From Bigelowiella natans CCMP2755 (Eukaryota; Protista; Cercozoa), in contig ADNK01001400.1 of NCBI GenBank assembly GCA_000320545.1, positions 1-64,000 on the forward strand: a DNA stretch of 64,000 bases, in the 5' to 3' direction. The position numbers and the translations under genes were made by a program. Shown here piece after piece: positions 40,108 through 53,640 of this stretch; position 1 is the stretch's first letter, and each line of letters opens with the position of its first letter. The notes beneath the pieces are model-generated. The model saw nothing but the letters and a program-made list of their open reading frames with translations, did not search any database and was not told where the DNA came from.

Positions 40108-40573
40108 ATGATGGCCAGCTTCACCAAGACGGTTGTCATTGGCCTTCTGGTCCTTCTGCTCGTTCCCTGTCTCCGCGCAAAGTTTGCTCCCATTAAAGCT
40201 GCATCTGGGAAGACAAAGCTATCGATCGGACGCAATGCTACGGAGGTAATTGGTTCTGGAGGAGTTTTCCTTTTTCCTTTTTCGAGCCTTAACTCCTTGT
40301 TTCACTTAGAACTTGGAGGGGAGCAAAAAAATCAAACTTCAGCTTCAGACAACCTTGAATGTACATCATGTAAACACAGCTTCGGATTCTATAATATTCG
40401 GTTGGAACGGTCTAACTACACCAGCGATACCTACGGGAGGTTCAGGACAAGTCATTGCTGTTTCCGCAGTAGACGATGAGCTTGCTCAGATACCAGTATC
40501 AATATCAACTTCACAGGGGGGAACTGTGTACGCTATTGAAGGTGCGTGGGGTCAAATTATTGAACATATTTTG

Positions 40574-40611
<38 letters not shown>

Positions 40612-42428
40612 TTCTTTTTTTACACCCCCCTCTCAACTTACGTTTCTTTCTCTGATCTCTTCTTCAGCGGACCTGCGAGACATCCCATGTACAGATTCGA
40701 ACTTGAACAACGTCTTCGTGTACCCCCTTGCGCAAACGGAGGCGATCACACAAAGCTGGAACTGGAATTTCTTCATCCCCGACCTCGACAATGAGTGCCG
40801 TTTCTTTTTCGACAACGACGTACGGGTCACCATGATTAACCTAGCACAGGCACCTGGGCGAATGTTCTTCTCGGAGTTCATCCAGAGCCCAGATGAAAAC
40901 GGTCGAGTCCACGAAAGCTTCTTCCCCAGAGTGCGACAGGACGAGGGCAGGTTCGATGTTGGCCACTACGACTTCGATACGGACGCAAACGATACGGGCA
41001 CAAACGGCCTCACTCTATATGCCTTTTTTCATGTAAGAGGAGCTGACACAACACCCCCTATATGTCATTTGGATGAATGTTTTGTGCCCTCCCCCGAAAG
41101 AGCACGTCCTGCTGCACTGTCGGTGCGTGTCAAAAATGAGTGCGTTGAGCATCTTGCTCGGATGAGACAGACGATGATTGATGACCCCCTTCTATTGTAG
41201 TACCGAGTAGAGGAAACGGGAGACTCTACCTGCCGACGTTGCGCGCTCACTATGAGCCAGTCCTCCAGTGGGACCGCTTTCTTTGTCTTCTGGGGTGGCA
41301 CGAACTCTATTTCGCTGCGTTCCATCACTAACGGAGCAGGGATTACCGCGGCATGCACGACAACAAACAGGTGCGTGTCGACGGACTCGGGGAGCGACGA
41401 ACCCGTGTGCTTTGCGGAGGACTCGAACGTCGAGCTCAAGTCAGGGGAAGTGAAGAGAATCAAGGACGTGCGAATCGGCGAGAGTGTGCAGGTAGTAGTA
41501 GTAGTAGTAGTAGTAGTAGTCGTAGTAGTAGTAGTAATAGTAGCAGTTGTGCACGCCACACATGAGCAATAGCGCACCTGAAGAAACCAATAAATGTCAC
41601 ACATTTGGAGCTTGCTGCATGGATATCCAGCGCTAAGCTAAAGAACGTGGATTGGTATGACCGTTTCTCAAAACTCACAACAGGTGACTTCCACAAACGG
41701 TACTGTGGGGTATTCTCCCGTCGCGTTCCTTCCCCACAAAGAGAACCAAATCGAAGCCGAATTCGTCATCATCATGACAGAGAAGGGAAAGACTATTCGT
41801 GCTACTAGAAACCACCTTATCATAGCTTCCAAAGATTGTGATAGCAGCAGTAGCAGCAGCAGTAGCGACAGCTGTGAGAACATCTCTGGCTTCACTCGGG
41901 CCGAGGACGTCACCACAAACATGTGCGTGTGCGGTGTGGAGGGCCAGGATAGAGTTGTCGCAGTAGAGTTTGGAGCAAGAAGGGGGGTCTACACGATAGT
42001 CACGACACACGCGGACGGTGTAATTGTAGTGGATGGCGTCAGGGTAATGAGCATAGTATGCTGAAACCATCATCGCATAGCGTGCGTGTGATAGCTTCTG
42101 CCTTAATGGCTAATAGAGTATTATTCGCTGTCATTACTGTCCCACCACCTCCTCCTCCCCCCCCCCCTCCCTCCCTTGTTTACCCCGGCTTGGCTGATTA
42201 ACTGAAAATATGAAAACTATAAAAAGTGCCTGACCGCCATGAATATGCATCCGTCACTAGGCTTCTTCTTTCGGCACAAACCACGGTGTGGTGAACGCAT
42301 ACTATCACATACATCGAGCTCTCTACTACGTGTTGCCCTCGTGGATGCTAGAGTCTGAACTCGCCGTCGGTGTGAATACAATGGTCGGTGATTTGGCAAG
42401 CTTGCTGATGAGGATATGGGCAAGATGA
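40108..42428 (+). CDS. Secreted Hog (Hedgehog-type Hint + SRR-like) autoprocessing protein with uncharacterised N-terminal domain
   Basis: Signal peptide MMASFTKTVVIGLLVLLLVPCLRA. Hint starts at V|CFAEDSNV (Cys at 41408), then K.IKDVRIGESV, ATRNHLI and GVYTIVTTHADGVIVVDGVR. Last exon 42261-42428 gives ASSFGTNHGVVNAYYHIHRALYYVLP...*. Confidence 0.88.
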
Positions 42429-43500
42429 ACAAGTGGATTCGTATCGTCGGTGTATGCTACGCCTCTAATGAAGAGGAAGACGACTATGAATCACTCAGCA
42501 AATTAGCAAAAGGGGGACAAGGGGAGAATTAAAAAAAGGGGCACTGAGGTTCCGCATCTGAGTAAGTGCATGAAAAATACGGTAGACTAGTTTTTTTAAC
42601 ATTATCAGTCAAAGGTCAAGTCAACGATCGAAGAGATGCGACAAGTTTAGATCAACGCACAGAAACATATAAGACAAATATATACAGTATGCATGTGGAT
42701 GCATGTCTGGATGTAGCTATTTAATGCGCTGTCCATGTGGCATGCATGTGCATTTTTTTCTCATTGAATATGACTTCTTGGAGCAAGTCATTCGAGTTCA
42801 TTGCAGTCGTCCATGCACTATGCGTCAACAAGAACTGTGCGCGTCAACAAGAACTGTGTGACGCACCCACATCTAGACTTGCAAGATGCCGGTCTAGCGG
42901 TGTACGTAGCCCAGCCGTGTACACAGCAAAGCATCTGTCTAGCTGTGCGCATGCAAACGGCAAACACGAACCTTTGCGTCGTCGATGCCAAAAAATCATT
43001 GTAGCCATCTCTAGATCTGCACAGCAAACTAGCTAGCTAGCAAAGTGCGTGTGTCATGATGCTTCTACGTGACACCATTTTTGTCGACTGAGATGTCCCC
43101 AAAGAATGAGTGCATGCTAGCATGTGTGTGCCAACATGGTGCCAAACGCATATTCACAACAAACAAAGCACAGCTAGACTACAAGATGGCGGCCATCATG
43201 ATGCATGTGATTGCACTGCACATCATCACACGCACATGCATGTGCTAGATGTGCTTACATGATGGCAACATCTGTGCACACACTTGCTAAGCACATAGCT
43301 GGGCGCAATCGAAGTCTTTTGTGCGTCGAAGTACGTGAAACAATGTTGCAATCATTAAATGATTTTTTTAATCACACTCGGTAAATTTCGTGCTTGCAGT
43401 TGCAATGATTTGCTTGTGTGCACCACCAACTTGACATCTCAAGTACACAGTGTAGTACCCCCAAATTCGTATGGATTGCTCCCAAAACTCTAGATATGAC

Positions 43501-46500
43501 CTATATGGCCAGAGACGCCGAAAGTTGGATTTCTAACAACAACTCTATGATGACTTCGGGCGAGCTTCCGACACGATCTGCCAATGAATGTTGTGTCTCG
43601 GCATCAAGATAGAGATATTGAGCAAAAAGGTCTCCATCAGCTATCGTTGTAGAATTCACATATCTTTGGGATGTCGCGCCTTCCTGACGGGCTGCCAGCG
43701 GGTTAATACCCGCGTTCTGACACACTTTAGCAGATATCGTCTTTGTTATCGCAGTGAGGCGCTTGTATATCAGGTCATCTACTGCCCTGAGAGCGAAGTA
43801 ACCTCCTTCTAGCGTGCTCCCCAGTGTCACGGACCGGGTTCCCCTTCTAGGCCCCTCACGCTTCCTCTTGTTCGGATGCAGCGACGCGAGAGTGCTTTGC
43901 GGCAGAGTGCGCGCTCTCAGCAAGCGCATATCAGACACACGCCGGCCGAGGTGGGTGTCCGCGATCACGAGGAGTCGTCTCTGCCCTTTCAGGCTGCCCT
44001 CATCCCTTGGATTGAAATGCATGACCTGTAGCCGCTGCTCGCTGTTGCAGGCGACGAACCCCAGCGCGTCCCCATCGCACGCGTACTCGATCGAATAGAC
44101 CTCATTTACGCCCGGATCGCGCGCGACATTGACCAGCAGCCTCATGTAGTCGTCCCACACGACAAGGTGCATGCCACGATAGTAGTCTCCCACCAGGATG
44201 AACTTCTTCAGCACCCTCATCTTGACGATGTAGAACTCGCAGTCGTAGAAGCCCCTGCCGACCAGCTGGCGCTTCTGGTTGTCCCACTCGTACAGGAGTA
44301 TTTTCGCGGCGACGGCGATCACCAGCTTTCCGTCCATGACCTATCATCGCATAGCAAAAGGGTATCAGTTGCGCGCACGGTGGGCCGCCGTTAGAAGAGG
44401 CGAAGATTCGGCCGCTTCAGAATCGCAGTTCCAGAGAGCAAAATATTACTAGGAAAGCAAGTAAATAGCCCTATACACAGAGACGCACATACACACACAC
44501 ACATGCATATGCAAGCAGGTGTACAATGGGCTAAGCTAAGTATCACTGCTACAGCGATCTAGTAGAGACATCATCGTTCTTACCGCCAGCGCGTTGATAG
44601 GCCCTCTTTCTTCGTGCGAGTACTCGCGGATAGCTACCTTGTCGCCCGTACCGATCTTTCTCCTTCCCGCACCATCTTCACCTGCTGCTCCTCCTCCCCC
44701 TCCTCCTCCTGCTGCTGCTGCTGCTGCTTCTTTGTCATCCTGTTGCTGCCCTGACTCGAAGTACAGCTGAAGCAGGATGACACGCCCCCTCGAGATCGAG
44801 TCCTCTCCATGGACGATGGAAGTGCCCAGCGCAAGGAAGGTCCGACCGCTCAGAGTCACCGTTTCCTGGCAAAGAATCTGCTCGTAGTCGTCCAGCTTTC
44901 GGAAGGATTTGAGGTGGCTCCAATCCCTTTGCGAGAAGAATTTGATGGTGAAGACGGGTTCGGAGATCGGCACGTGGCGCTCATGGTCGAGGCTGGCCTC
45001 GCTCTTCCGCTCGCTCCCCATCTCCTTCCCCTTCGCTTCTGCCTGATCGCCGTCATCATCATCACCATCATCGATTACGCGCATTTCCAACTCATTATCG
45101 CTCAAGGCCCTAGTGTCATTGTTATCCTCGTTGTTTGACCCTTCTTCATCATCCTGGTTGCTGGCACCGCCATTTTCTTCTTTATGTCGTTCCAGTCGTT
45201 TCTTCCTCTTCTCCTCCCGCTTCGCAGACCTCTCCTGGTCCCTCTTTCTCTTGGTCCTCAGCGACAAGTAGCGATGGCCTCGCAGGAGGACGCAGTAGAG
45301 CTGGGTGGGGGCGTGGTACTTGACCGAATCGACGCTAGCCCCCATCCGAATCGTGCGGACCTGGAACTCCGTGGAAAGATCCACTTCGGTCGAGGAGGGG
45401 AGGCACCCCACTTCCATCACCCCGCCAGTTGTGAACGCCACGAGGCCATACTTGGTGCTGGGGATGTGCAAGGGCGCGCAGCACGCCAGGCCCTGCTTGC
45501 ACCTCTGCAGCGTCGTGAGGCGGGTGGCAGGCCCGAGTTGGTTCTTCGTCGGCGCAATGGAGGGCGCGTATATCAGCTGGTGGACGCACGGGTAGCCGTG
45601 AGACTCCACGACTAGAAGTGGGCAGTGCCCCCCCACGACTATTCCTGCTCGATCGGCGATGCGCCGAAACGGCCGGAACCGCCGTCCCAGCATCCAGGAC
45701 TCGTTCATCCGGGCGGCGGGGCCCCATTTCTTGGTGGCTGGGTGGGATTTGTCGTACTCCCTCACCGCGCTCGTCTCCGATGAGAGCGAGCGCGTGATGA
45801 TGCTCGGCGTGCTGCACCGGATCATGACGTAGCTGCTGGGGGATGGTGACGGGGAGGAGGAGGAGGAGGAGGAGGAGGAAGAAGAAGAAGAGAAGGGAGA
45901 AAGCGCACGCGTTCGGTACATGAGTAAGTCGCCGGACGACAAGAAGACAAACAGCATGGGCAGCGAGCGAGGCCCGATCTTCTCAAAGCATATTTCTTTG
46001 ATGTCCCCGAAGCTTTTCTTGCGATTAGACGACGATGGCTGCTTTTTGCCGTTGCCGGCCTTCTCCTGGACTCCTGGGCCATCTCCTGCTGCCGGACCCT
46101 TCTTCTTCGATGCTGTGGAGGCCTCTTCGTTGTAAAGCACATGGTAGCCTGAGTGAACATGGGCTAGCGTGAAGAACACTCTCCCAGATGGAACTTCGAA
46201 GAATTTTACGCTCCCATCTGAATACGCGACAATTCCGACGATATCGACTTCAGGGAAGAATCCAGTCTTTCCCCCCCCTCCACCCCCCTTGTCGTTTTCC
46301 TTCTTCTTATTCTCGTAGATGTAGACGCTGGTCGGCTTTATGTCAGCATTCTTCTCCTGATTCTTCTTGTCTTCTTCGCCATTGCGTTCTGCGGCTGCTG
46401 CTGCTGCTGCTGCTGCTTCCTTCGCTTCCTCGCAGCCCCCTTTCACTCGGAAGCCATGGACAGGGACGATAGTCGGAGACCCGGTTCTAAATGCATTGTT

Positions 46501-48068
46501 TGTGTGCAAAAAAAAAACAAAAAAAGAGAGAGAAAGGTGAGGAGCAGCAGGTCTTTAGTGCTTTTTAAAGGCAGCTTGGCGGATTTCGCAGCACAGAACG
46601 CTCGAAAGCAGGCCTCCCCGCGAAGAAGCAGCACCCATCCAGGTTCGAAATGGCAATGATCGACGTAACACAACGCAGATTGAGCTCAGGCAAAAGGAGG
46701 TTGACTTCAGGATCATCATTATCATCATCATCATCGTCATCATCGTCATCATCGTCGTCGTCGTCATTCGTCATCTATACGATCGCAAAGCACATGCTAT
46801 CACTTACCGGGAGCGCTTGGCCTGGAAGAGTCTTATCGTGTTGTCGCTGCAGAGCACCAATATGAACGAGCAAGAGATGAAGCAGTCAACAACTTCGATG
46901 ACACTGCTGCTGCTCCCTGCTTTCGTCGCTGAGGAGCCCTCTTCTTTACCCTCGTCATCGTCGCCGCCATCCTGGTCCATTGCGGTGCTACCATTCTCGC
47001 CAGCATCATCCCACGCTTCTTTGTCCTCGACGGCCACCAACTCGTCGATCTCGTGCAGCTTCTTTGCGGATTGCGAGTCCAGGAGACGCAGCTTCCTCGA
47101 CGTCACTTGCACGAAGCACGAGTTGTCCTCAAACACCTTTCCCAGCAGCAAGAACACATCCCATCAACAACGCGCAATCCGTACACATCGAGTCTCAGCG
47201 GCGTGCGTAAGCGAGCGACTTATCCCCATTACTACTACTGCTGCTGCTACTACTACAACTATAACTACTACTTACATTTGCTGCCTCAATCGTGACCGCC
47301 TTCGCTATCAGATCGCTGTTGCCCACCTGTTGTAGTCGGTCGTCACACAAATCACATGATGCGCGCGGGGGGGGGGGCAGACAAGGACAGGAATAGGCGA
47401 GTAAAAAATGACGATGGCGAACAGTGAGACGAGAAGAAGGCACCCCACTGCAACAAGAGCAGCACGGCACAAACGCTGGAGGCAACCAGGAGCCATAGCA
47501 TATAGGTTGTGGACTTTCCTTTGTAGAATACGCAACTGCGGCTGCAAAATCCCCGCTACTACTACCGCTACTACTACAATCACTGCTACCTGCTTTAGGT
47601 CAGAAGAAACGTCCATGAGTATACTAGCCCCCGCCGCAGTGGAGAAGATGAGAAACGCGTGGAAATCATCCTCCCCGCCGCTTTCTGAGCATGGCCCATT
47701 GGTGCCATCGCGCCCGATGCTGCTGCTGCTGCTGCTGCTGCTCCCCCCACGGCCGCCGTGCATGTTAGTAGACTTGATCTTCCTCAGCGTCCAACAGTCC
47801 CTGATGACTTGGCCAATATTGAGACTGGTAATGGACGGTAAGTACAAACCCTTTCTCAAGATGCGAACGCAGCCCTCGGAGTCTTCTCCACACGCGGCCA
47901 CGATCTCTGTGCGCGTGTGTTTCTCCCGTTTTCTGCTGCTGCTGCTGCTGCTGCTGCTAGTGCCACCACCGCCGCCGCCACTGCTGCTATTACCCCCGGC
48001 CCCCTTGGCTTTCGCGTCGTTGTCCGTTGAAGTGCCTCCTGTGTGTGCATTTATATTTGTATAATATG

Positions 48069-48152
<84 letters not shown>

Positions 48153-50562
48153 AAGAGATACGCATTTGGGCGATGCAGGAATAACAAATGTCGCCAAGAC
48201 GTCTGGCTTCTATCTTAAGAATACGCGCATACATGTCCCCCCCCTCTCCCTCCCCCTCCCCCTCTATCTCTCATTCCAACCCCCTCGCCATGTCTGCTGC
48301 AATGAATGATTGCGGGAGCAGCCCCTTCTTCTTCCTCCTCCTCCCTTACTACCACCTATTATTATTATTATTATCATTATTATTATTACCTTTGGTGGAT
48401 GAGAGCTGGTTCCCAATATTGAGTTCCGAGACAGGGCCGAGGTTGATGAGTGAGTCCGTAACCACGAGCTCATATGACGACGACGACGACGACGACGATG
48501 ACGATGATGAAACCGTCTTTGCACTCGAGCCTGAGGCCTGCTCCTCCTTCCCCCTCTTCTTCTTCTTCTTCTTTTTCTTCTTCCTCTTCTTGGTCTTCTT
48601 CTCTTCTGAACCTGCGGTAGCTCTCTCAACTTCCATGCCTGTCGCAGCAGCAGCGTCCTGGCCCCTTTGGGCTTTTGTGCTCTCTTCAATTTCTCTCTCC
48701 AGCTCCAAAAGCTCATCGAAACTGATGCCTCCCCCCCCCTGCCCTTCCTCTTCCACATCATCATCATCATCGTTATCCTTGGTTTCATGGCCCCCCCCTT
48801 CTGTTTTGCGAGCGTTTTCATCACCGCCTTCTCCTTGGTCCAATGCGTTTCTAGTCCCCAACCCTCTTCCTCCTCTTAAAGCAGCAGCTGCAGCAGCTGT
48901 TGTGCTCTTACCATCGATATACTGTATCAGTATAGAGTCGGAAAGTCGTGAACCAAGGAATACGGCATTCAACTCCGTAATCGCTTGCATGCACTGGCCG
49001 TGGATGCGCCTCCTCCTCCTCCTTCTTCTCCCCCCTCCTAGCCTGCTGTACCATCAGCACCAATTGACAAAACACACCAACGCGGTCATTCCTTTGAGGG
49101 AATCATAACATCATAGCACCAGGCCGCGCCCCACCCCTGCACACGCACACGCACACGCACACGCCGCCACCTGTGCTGGTCCTCCTCCTCCTCCCGCTGC
49201 AGCTCTTGCAGTGCGTTCCCACTCCGACCGACTGCTGCTGATCCTGCTTCTTCGTAGGGTAAGGGGAGTCTCTCCAGCATCAGATCTCGTGCGCTGTTGC
49301 CTTGTGGCGTGAGATGCAAGCACCAGATGTCCCCCCGGCTGTCGTTGATGAGCAGCCTAGTCGGTGTCAGGAAGGTGGAGCAGGAGACGTCCAGCGTGAT
49401 GCCGTGAGGCGGTTTCAGCTGGTGCTTTAGCTCAATGGCGGGCTTGGCTCTCAGCCCGCTCGTCATGGCACGATCGCCGAACGCGTTTACGGACAGCCGG
49501 TAATCGACCGTTTCGCTGTTGTCAAAGTGCATGATGTGGTCCCGGGAGAATATGTACCTAATTTGGTTGGAGAGAGAGAGAGAGAGAGGGAGAGAGAGAG
49601 AGAGAGTGCTTTTAGGCTGAACCTGAGGAGGAGCCGAGAGAGTGGGGAAGGAGCTGGGGGGAGGGGAGGTTGAGAAGGAGGGGGGGGTATTACGCTCCAA
49701 AGCAGGGCGCGCCGAGCGGCTTCAACGAGTTGGAAGTGGAGGGCAGCTTCGCTATGCGACACATGATCGAGTACCCTCGTGATTCAAGATCTAGAGAGAT
49801 CGTCATTAGCGCACACGTCTCATGCCTCACCGCCTGTCTGCCCACTGTAGTGGGAAATTCTTCGTATAGTATCAGCAACCTGTAATGCAGAGCGAGCGAC
49901 GACACGAGTGCACTGTGTTAATGGTGGCAGAGCTGCTACGACTACTACAACAGCTAATTTCACTATTATCACCCTGGTAGCTGGTAGCCTCCTAGGAAGC
50001 AAATGTCAATAACCCCGCCTCTCCTAATGCCCAAGTCTTCAAGAGGGACATCAAACGGCTCTCCCAGAGGAGGCGGCTGGCCTGCTAAAGCACCTGCGTG
50101 GGGCAATCCAAATGACGAGACAACATCCAACAGTCGGTCATCGCTTGAAAACCGTTGCCATGATTACTCGCAGTGCATAGAGTGGAAGTGCCCATTCCTT
50201 AGATTGTGTTCTTAAGTCGTCATCATGCTTTTTTCTGTGAGTTGAAACCTTTGCCATTTGTCTTATTTTCTGCTGCTTCGTCGTCTTCGTCATCGTTATC
50301 GTCAGAATCATCGTACCCGTCCACAAACAGCCCCTTTTTCTTGTACGGAAAGACCACTAAATCTGATCCTGCACGGGCCGAAAATTGAGAACAATGGAAG
50401 ATTAGTGCAAGAGAAGGGGTTGACTCGTTAGTCAAGTAGTATGTTGGGAGGATCGTTTTGCGCCGAGATGAATAACATCTTGCAGCAATACTTGAAATAG
50501 CGTGTACATGACTAGGAAAAAGCGATGAAAAAGGACAACAGCATTGCAACATCCCATCGATT

Positions 50563-50604
<42 letters not shown>

Positions 50605-50697
50605 TATATGCACATATATATAATATCATATTTTTTATATTTATTGTCGACTCCTTGAGCGCGCTATGTATAAATTCTGTTTTTCTTCCCCCTCTCA

Positions 50698-50755
<58 letters not shown>

Positions 50756-51915
50756 TGTGGCATGTGTTGAGAGTTGGTGGGTGAAGGACGGAAGCAAAAA
50801 TGGTGGAAGCAAGCACACAACCGTTCACGTGAGCACAGAGACACCGATTTTCAGGATCTCCAGCCAACAATGGCAATGGATGGCCCCTGAAACATTAGAT
50901 TCATTATTCCCTTTGATATATTTGATATAATAGTAGTGCATATCCGGAGAGCTTACACTCCAATTTATGGAAATGCATCGATGATAACCTTAAATAGCGT
51001 GGTGCGCGATCCAGCTTTGCCTGTAGAGGAAATTCATTTTGAGTCGTTGTCCAATTACCGTGCCGTCACACGAATACAAAAGAATCAGCAAAATCATTTG
51101 CACGATAACTATTAGCTCAACATTGATGAGTGCTATGAAGGACTTCCAGAGGAAGCATCTCCAGATGTGGTACTACCGATGAGCGATCGTGCAGGAATCG
51201 AGTTCGTAATGTGAAACTATCCGTGCAACACCAACAAACGTGTTAGTCCAATTTCTGACGCTGATCAGAGTCAAACCAATTGCTTACGTGAAGGGATCAA
51301 AACTAACAATTGAGATCCGAGCAGGAAGAAAGGCTGATGAAAAGAAATTTTAGTTAAAGCTTGTTCGTGGAGATGGCGCAAGGCTATAAGGTACCTAGCG
51401 CAATTGATTGATACTTGTCCTCAGGGATATTGATCACTTCCATCGACTGCATGGCGAAAAATGTTAATGGCAATGTGTACATGAGGGTATTGTGTTAAAT
51501 TTGTTATTCTCGTTAAGTAGAATTGCCTCTATTCGTGCGTGGAGAGCAAATTTCTCCAAGAGAATTAGTTTCGCTTTGCCGCTTTCGTCATTCGTCCTGG
51601 CTCCTAATCCAGGTGCACGTCCCTCGACCCTGAAAAACTCTAAACTGGTGCCGCGAGAGACAACCTGGAATAGGGCAAAGACTATCTCTCTCCGCCGTCG
51701 TGCATTGACAAATTCACAACAATGGCACATACCAGGTAGGGCCCATCTGGGCCGTCCACTCTCGAGCACAGCTCAACCGCAGTGCTGGATTGCGAAAAAT
51801 GTTTTAGAACTAACTATACCCAAACAGAGAGAGGTCTCCTGCCTACACAAGCTCCCCCGTAAAAAAAAAGGAGATCTTACCTTTCCTGCACTTTCCGTTG
51901 CAACCACCTCGACAT
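43501..51915 (-). CDS. CPSF1: Cleavage and polyadenylation specificity factor subunit 1 (CPSF160)
   Basis: Multi-exon DDB1/CPSF1/SF3B3-family propeller. N-terminus MSRWLQRKVQESTAVELC, then VFLGSRLSDS, DSLINLGP, FLALGTSIVHGEDSISRGRV and FILVGDYY. C-terminus QNAGINPLAAR...IADGDLFAQYLYL is typical of CPSF1. Confidence 0.9.
48069..48149. repeat. Compound (TA)n(TG)n microsatellite in a CPSF1 intron (representative of many intronic GA/CA/TA/G-run repeats)
   Basis: Seen directly. Similar tracts occur at 1-30, 1008-1043, 24569-24607, 25431-25467, 37951-38007, 50567-50601, 50701-50758 and 62677-62751. Confidence 0.95.
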
Positions 51916-52214
51916 TTCACAGCCTCTCAGAAGTAGATGAAGTCTATAGCTTTATCCGAGGCTCACGTTCTTCTTTCACCTCCTGGTCAAACCACAGCAC
52001 AGTGCCAATCTTCCGCAAAGTGAGCACGGGAGCACCGTGGGGGGTGAGCGGGTTCCGGGCTTTAGGGTGGACGACCTCGTCGGATCGGACAATCTTTTCC
52101 ACAACAATCGGCAACATTTCGCAGAACACTTTTCAGTTGTCGCCACAGCAAATTTACAAATTCCCAGATAAGATCGGTAGGACATCCAGTGAAATTTTCC
52201 CACGTGGGTGTTTA

Positions 52215-53336
52215 ATCCGAGGGCGCTTCATGGCTGCCACGTTCTCTCAAGATTTGTGTCCGGGCGCAAAAGCCTTCTGAATGAATGATGTTTCCAAGGT
52301 GCAAAATCATCAGGACCTCAAAGAAACTCTCCACTTCCACCCAGAAGAAGAAGAAGCCACTGAACGCTCATGTCCAGACGTGTTGATTGGCTGTGCAAGA
52401 GTGGCGTGGTGTTTTCAAGTTGAAGCAGTTCGCGGTTGATTTTTTTCCCTTGCAGGTGGACATCGTTGCGATTTGGAGGACGATCGAACTCTCAGATGGA
52501 GGTTGCGTGGACAATGTTGTGTGGTGTCTGCAAACGACATCGGTGAGGTGTTCTGCTTGTTCGTGGGCGCACCGCTGGAAACCAAAAGAAAGGCACGCTG
52601 GCACGTCGCAGGTGTGACGTGGAGTGCAAGAACTGAGGACGTGAAGGATGGGAAGTCGCAGAAGTCCAGAAGTGTTGGCTGGCTGCACCTCTGACCTCTG
52701 ACAAATTGATCCATTCATTTCTGGGTTTCGTCACCCACCGCTAGTCCGCCACACTGGAGCTAGCTAGCTAGCCTGTCTAGCTGTTCATTGGTTGCAGGCC
52801 AGAACGTGCGATGTGATGCGTGTCCGCTGACACGCGCTAGCGCGGCACGATGTGTGCGTGCTGGTGTGTGACTGCGACGCGATTGCAACGGTCACGCCGC
52901 CACAGCGCAACTCTGGAACTGTGTGGACGACCTGGATGCACGGCCGAGGTTCGATCTGCTGGTCTGGCGGCGCACTTGTTTTTTTGCGTGATGCGACGCC
53001 TGCGCGCAATGAGTGAACACAGCTAGCACAGCTAGACAGTCTAGCAGTGGCATTCTGGCATTGCTAGATTGCGTCACCATCAATCGGACATCTGTCTAGA
53101 CGTGTAGACGTGCTGACATCGATCCCAGAGGAAAGATGTGCATCGGCGAGATCGCATCGCCAGGCAGCTGCGTGCACCGCCGGTGTTCAATCGGCATCGC
53201 ACGCTCAGCACCCAGCACATGGCATGCGCATGCTAGCATGCAGCACACGCAGCATGAGCAGGACGCATCAACGTGCATTCTCACTTGACATGCGAATTCA
53301 CACGTTTTGTTCTTTTGCATCTTGTTTTGAGTCATT
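52215..53336. other. TpA-erased tract (possibly a decayed gene or repeat)
   Basis: Hand count gives 13 TA in ~1120 bp (12 CTAG, 1 GTAG). Listed ORFs across it have no Tyr. Confidence 0.85.
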
Positions 53337-53640
53337 TAAACATAACTTTACAAAATTGTTAGGAAAAACACAAACTTCACATGACACGTTTACTCTAGAT
53401 TTAGAAGCCAACATGAATAACATTTGACTTGTAGCACTGTACAAAGTTAAAATATCTTATAACATAGAATTCTCGACTCGGATCGGGAATTCATCTTTCT
53501 CTGTAGAACTCTTTAGTTTGAAAATACAATCTTCGAAAAATACATTACAATTACTAACAAATAAACATTCATAACTGCACAAATTGAATCTGTACATGAT
53601 TCTGACTCTCTTTCTCTGCTCCTCTTATACCTTCTTCTCC

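Noticed and set aside
42822-42858. Two-copy 19-bp direct repeat (GCGTCAACAAGAACTGTG)
   Set aside because: Simple tandem duplication with no spacers. Not a CRISPR array.
48188-49108. 306-aa plus-strand ORF with homopolymer runs
   Set aside because: Antisense shadow of a low-complexity CPSF1 exon and adjacent microsatellites.
51492-52280. 262-aa plus-strand ORF
   Set aside because: Antisense to the first CPSF1 exons and promoter, with no recognisable motifs.
52215-53336. CpG-methylation decay or classical RIP as the cause of TG/CA richness
   Set aside because: CpG is plentiful here and TpA is lost rather than gained.
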